NCBI GenBank assembly: GCA_905250055.1
Contig: CAJNOF010003188.1
Coordinates: 1 to 11,169, forward strand
Reading direction: 5' to 3'
DNA length: 11,169 bases
Source of the DNA: Rotaria sp.
Lineage: Eukaryota
In this document: positions 7,450-11,169 of the stretch, in pieces
How positions within the stretch are numbered: position 1 is the first letter of the stretch
Layout of the letters: the number at the start of each line of letters is the position of its first letter
Made by a program: the position numbers and the translations under genes
The notes under the pieces: model-generated
The model's input: the letters and a program-made list of their open reading frames with translations, nothing else
Database searches by the model: none
What the model was told of the DNA's origin: nothing

Positions 7450-8244
7450 GTTTCCACATTTTTTTCTATACTCTTCGTAGGTAATTAGAAATTTGTCGAT
7501 CGCTCAAGGATGATGGGTTTGTCTTACATCTGATAAATATTCTATCGAAATCTTCTCAAGTTTTCGTTATGAATTCTCAAGTCTAGTTTATTCTAATACC
7601 TATGGAGAAATATATAATTAGTTACAAAGTTGTGATTTATGATAATCTCGATGAATAGTGAAAGAAGAATCTAAATTAGTTTATTAGTATCAAATATGTA
7701 TGTGATAATGAAACTTAGATTTTTAAGAAGAATCAATGAATTGATACGACAAACGAAAAATTCTAGGGAAAAAATACCATAGATAAAACGATATCAAGTT
7801 TTTGGTATATTTTATTAAAAGAAAATATTGAACAGCAACACTATTGACGTACTTCTAAAATTTATTCATTGTTGAGACTATTTTTTTTTCTCATTCTTTA
7901 ACAGTCGTCTGTCGTAAATAAAAAATAATTTATTGCTACAAAAGTTAATAGAGCAGCTAAGTTTTTATTTGATTCCTGTAATCTTTATGACTTACGCATA
8001 TTTATCATCTAGTTGTTCTTTTAAGACTTATACTGAAAACGGAATATATACTCAGCATTATATTCTTTTTATGGTATAAGAGTTAAAAAATTAATGTTTC
8101 TTCGCGTAAGAATTTCAATCGACGACGAACTCAGTAAAATAACAAGCTCTAAAATGAAATCATTAATGAAACTAAGCTATTTAACATTTTTTTCAACTGA
8201 TTGATTAAGATCAATCAGTGTGACGTTTCGTTCTAACTAAGAAC

Positions 8245-8460
8245 ATTATCAAACACAAATAAATAGACAGAAGAAGAATATACATAAGAGTAAAACAATG
8301 TCTTCGTTTTTCTATTCTATTGTTTTAAACATTCTAGTGCAGACGGATCAATTTTATTCCCCCGTGCATTGAAATGCTTAAAACAATAGAATAAAAAACG
8401 ATGACATTATTTTACTCTTATATATGTTCTTCTTCTGTCTATTTATTTGTGTTTGATAAT
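8245..8460. mobile_element. inner MITE-like element, 216 bp, arms about 88 bp, loop about 39 nt
   Basis: ATTATCAAACACAAATAAATAGACAGAAGAAGAATATACATAAGAGTAAAACAATGTCTTCG... matches the reverse complement of ...CGATGACATTATTTTACTCTTATATATGTTCTTCTTCTGTCTATTTATTTGTGTTTGATAAT. Confidence 0.9.
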
Positions 8461-8636
8461 TGTGCCGATATTGATGACACGGCTAGATGATTCTCCTTTC
8501 TTCTCTGTCTGTTCTCTTTCCGTTGTTCTAATATATCACTCTCCTGTCTGTGCTGATATTGATGGCACGGTTCGATGATTCTCCTTCCTTCTCTATCTGT
8601 TCTCTTGCCGTTGTTCTAATATATCTCTCTCCTGTC
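8461..8636 (+). repeat. 88-bp tandem duplication (2 copies), pyrimidine-rich
   Basis: TGTGCCGATATTGATGACACGGCTAGATGATTCTCC... at 8461 and TGTGCTGATATTGATGGCACGGTTCGATGATTCTCC... at 8549. Confidence 0.9.
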
Positions 8637-10147
8637 TCTCTTCTATCTCTCTCCTATATATATGCGTATTATGTATGAAGTTGTTACACTCTGGATATGT
8701 GAAATAGCTGAATAAACATCATTGCCGAGAATGGCGAAAAGCTATTCAATCCAGTTTGTCGTTACAATAATGTTCTTAGTTAGAACAAAACGTCACACTG
8801 ATTGATCTTAATAAATCAGTTTAATAAATGTTAAATAGCTTAGTTTCACTAATGATTTATTATGGAATGTGGTGCTACAAAATGACAAATAAGTTCTACA
8901 TTATATATTTTTTCTACGAATATCGTATTTTGTCAACTATCTCGATGGAATGTACAAGAAAGTTTTCCACAAATACTATCCTAAGAAAAAGCAAAAATAA
9001 GCGTAGAAGGTAAGGTGAAACTAAATCCTCTACATCGTTCAATTCTGAAGTCTTCTTCTATTAGAGTTATCTGAATCTTTTTGCTCATATTTTCTAAGCT
9101 CGACCAACGGTCAATGAGAATCGTTATTCACAATTCGTATACAGTAAATATGTGAATTTCTTCATAATCTAAATAGATTTTTAGATTAAATTCAGATATC
9201 ATTCATGTATCTTATCTTTGTGTGTATTCACATCGCTCGCAGAAGTGATGTTTACTTATTGAGCGATCTTCATCGTATGACTGAATGAATGAATGTGCTG
9301 AACGAATTTATTTTCTCTTTTGTTCTTCTCTGACTTTTTTCTTGTACTTCTTGACTTAAATGTTTCTTTTCTTCCCTTTGCTTTCCTATCTTTCCAATTT
9401 GATTAAGACTAACAGTCAATTACTAAGCATATAAGATCAGTTCTGTTTATGCCACATACATTTGTCGAATATATATTCACTGAAAATATGAGTCTCTTGA
9501 CTTGGCTATAGTTTCTAATTGGATTATGTAGCTCATAATTAATAATGTTGTATTGCTTGTCATAAAACGAGTTTCAATTAGCTCATATACTGATGAATTG
9601 ATAATTTGTGATGAAAACTCTAATGCAGCAATTTTATGTTTGAGAATATTAGGAACTTATAATTTATCGTACGTTTCGAGCTTTGAACATAATCAAAAAA
9701 TTAGGATTTCAATGTGAAAATTGAGCCTTTAAATCAATAAAATCAACCTGTATTTTTTCGATATTCTAATGTTCGTACCAACACATGATTTTGATTCATA
9801 TGATGTCAATGTTATGCGGATTCTTACTTTAATCAAAGAAACTCTTTTTCACATAATTAAATCTACAGCGAATACTTTTTTGAATTAATTCAGCAGATCA
9901 AAACATAAATGGAAGCTCCAAACGCACTAAATGTCTTTCACGCGTACTGTGAAACAATAAAAAGCACAGATTCACGAGAATATAAATAATTATGGGAACC
10001 AGTCCCAAAAAAAAAGATTAATCTACTTTGAGCATTTACAGCTGTTTTCGTTGGAAAAGATGATCATAAACATTTCTCACTATCTTTTACGAAGAAGAAA
10101 ATGACTTATATAACCGTTTCAGAGATTATTTAATGGGAATAACTCTT

Positions 10148-10222
10148 GGAAACGCTGACTAGACGTAAAAACGGCAAGAAAAGTAGTGATCACGTTTTTT
10201 CTTGCCGTTTATCACCGTTTCC
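10148..10222. repeat. imperfect hairpin with a perfect 14-bp inner stem AAACGGCAAGAAAA/TTTTCTTGCCGTTT
   Basis: Inner stem 10169-10182 and 10197-10210. Outer GGAAACG (10148-10154) opposes CGTTTCC (10216-10222). Confidence 0.8.
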
Positions 10223-11169
10223 TAACAGAATGGGTGATTATGACAGTTTAAACGACATTTTCAGCGTTTCACTTCTTCCTGGGTAAGATTGTACCACACA
10301 TTTTCGTTACAATTTCAGTGCCCTAGCGCATTTTATTGTAATTGCAATGCAATCGCTAAGAAAAATGTCACATAGAACAGTATATGAGATAATCAATAGT
10401 CTTCCACAAATACTCATCGATTTCTCATTTGAAACATTTGGTGGTTGTTTAAAAAATAATACTGTTAAGAGTCATACACAAATGATGCCATTAGCTGCAA
10501 TTATTTTGCTCATTAGACAAAAAATGTATCATACAACAGAACTCCAAAAGTCTATATCAATGTGAACTATTTAAAAGATAACCACAGCACATGTGCTGGT
10601 CTGTTCAACGGCAATGGTTTGTAACTCAATAGGTGCGATATGCATATGGTGCAAATAGAAGTTAGTGGTGAATAGTCGTCATACGCAGCTTCACATATCA
10701 AAAGTGATGTACGCGTACTCCGATAGCAACTGAGCAGGTTGGATGAATTGATACAGACGTATCAAGATAGATGCTGATCAATGCACAGTCACACATGTAT
10801 TGACTATGGTGAAAACAGAACGGTCATCGCCTATGAATCGATAAAGCGCTAAGTTTCTGCACACAATGTGCATTACGAGTGTGTCGATTGCATGTTTAAG
10901 CTCATCTGACCGAGATTAAAATTCAGAAAAGGCACTACCAGTGCTAAAATTGAAATGTGAATCGTGGTTGTCATGTGTGATAATCTACTTTTATTTGAAG
11001 CAACTCGATACAAGCTATGACATCACTCCCTACCAGGCCTCCTCCACTACATCATCAATCGTCACTTTTTCACAACTTCCATTCCTTCCTAGTGAGTGAA
11101 GATACCATTTGTGGATGACCCTTTCATGTTACTTTTGGAAGTGGAGATAGAACAAAAGCCATTCCTATT

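Larger units (their letters stand above)
8157..8858. mobile_element. composite inverted-repeat element, outer arms about 92 bp
   Basis: Left arm 8157-8248 (AAATCATTAATGAAACTAAGCTATTTAACATTT...AAGATCAATCAGTGTGACGTTTCGTTCTAACTAAGAACATTA) matches the reverse complement of 8768-8858 (AAATCATTAGTGAAACTAAGCTATTTAACATTT...AAGATCAATCAGTGTGACGTTTTGTTCTAACTAAGAACATTA). Confidence 0.85.

Noticed and set aside
8828-9013. 61-aa ORF overlapping the outer IR arm
   Set aside because: Begins within the repeat arm; low complexity Tyr/Phe/Ile rich and no family recognised.
10347-10565. 72-aa - strand ORF
   Set aside because: No motif recognised; length is not significant in AT-rich DNA.

Overview
AT-rich eukaryotic window with no complete, clearly functional gene. 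It looks like repeat-rich, possibly subtelomeric accessory DNA. The compact introns and TGTGGG-type repeats would fit a bdelloid rotifer, but the taxon is inference. Main content: (1) a decayed phospholipase D (PLD1/2-type) gene on + at ~479-1391, with three short GT-AG introns, in-frame stops, two frameshifts and a recognisable HKD motif; (2) a - strand coiled-coil + PD-(D/E)XK-like + protein-kinase-like gene (~2503-3628, Crinkler-like architecture). It carries a frameshift and is cut inside the kinase N-lobe by a degenerate (CCCACA)n array; (3) a short (TGTGGG)n array on the other side of a ~17 bp spacer, giving a head-to-head G-rich/C-rich arrangement like a telomere-telomere fusion (or an assembly join), with open reading frames truncated on both flanks; (4) a ~332 bp near-symmetric hairpin element at 5208-5539; (5) a ~0.73 kb sequence present twice as direct repeats at 5584-6319 and 6692-7414, separated by a 34-bp tandem array headed by a G13 run; (6) a nested inverted-repeat composite at 8157-8858 with an inner 216 bp MITE-like element and an 88-bp tandem duplication; (7) smaller hairpins and palindromes. 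The most unusual locus is the converging pair of telomere-like arrays at 2276-2501 that truncates the REase-kinase gene.
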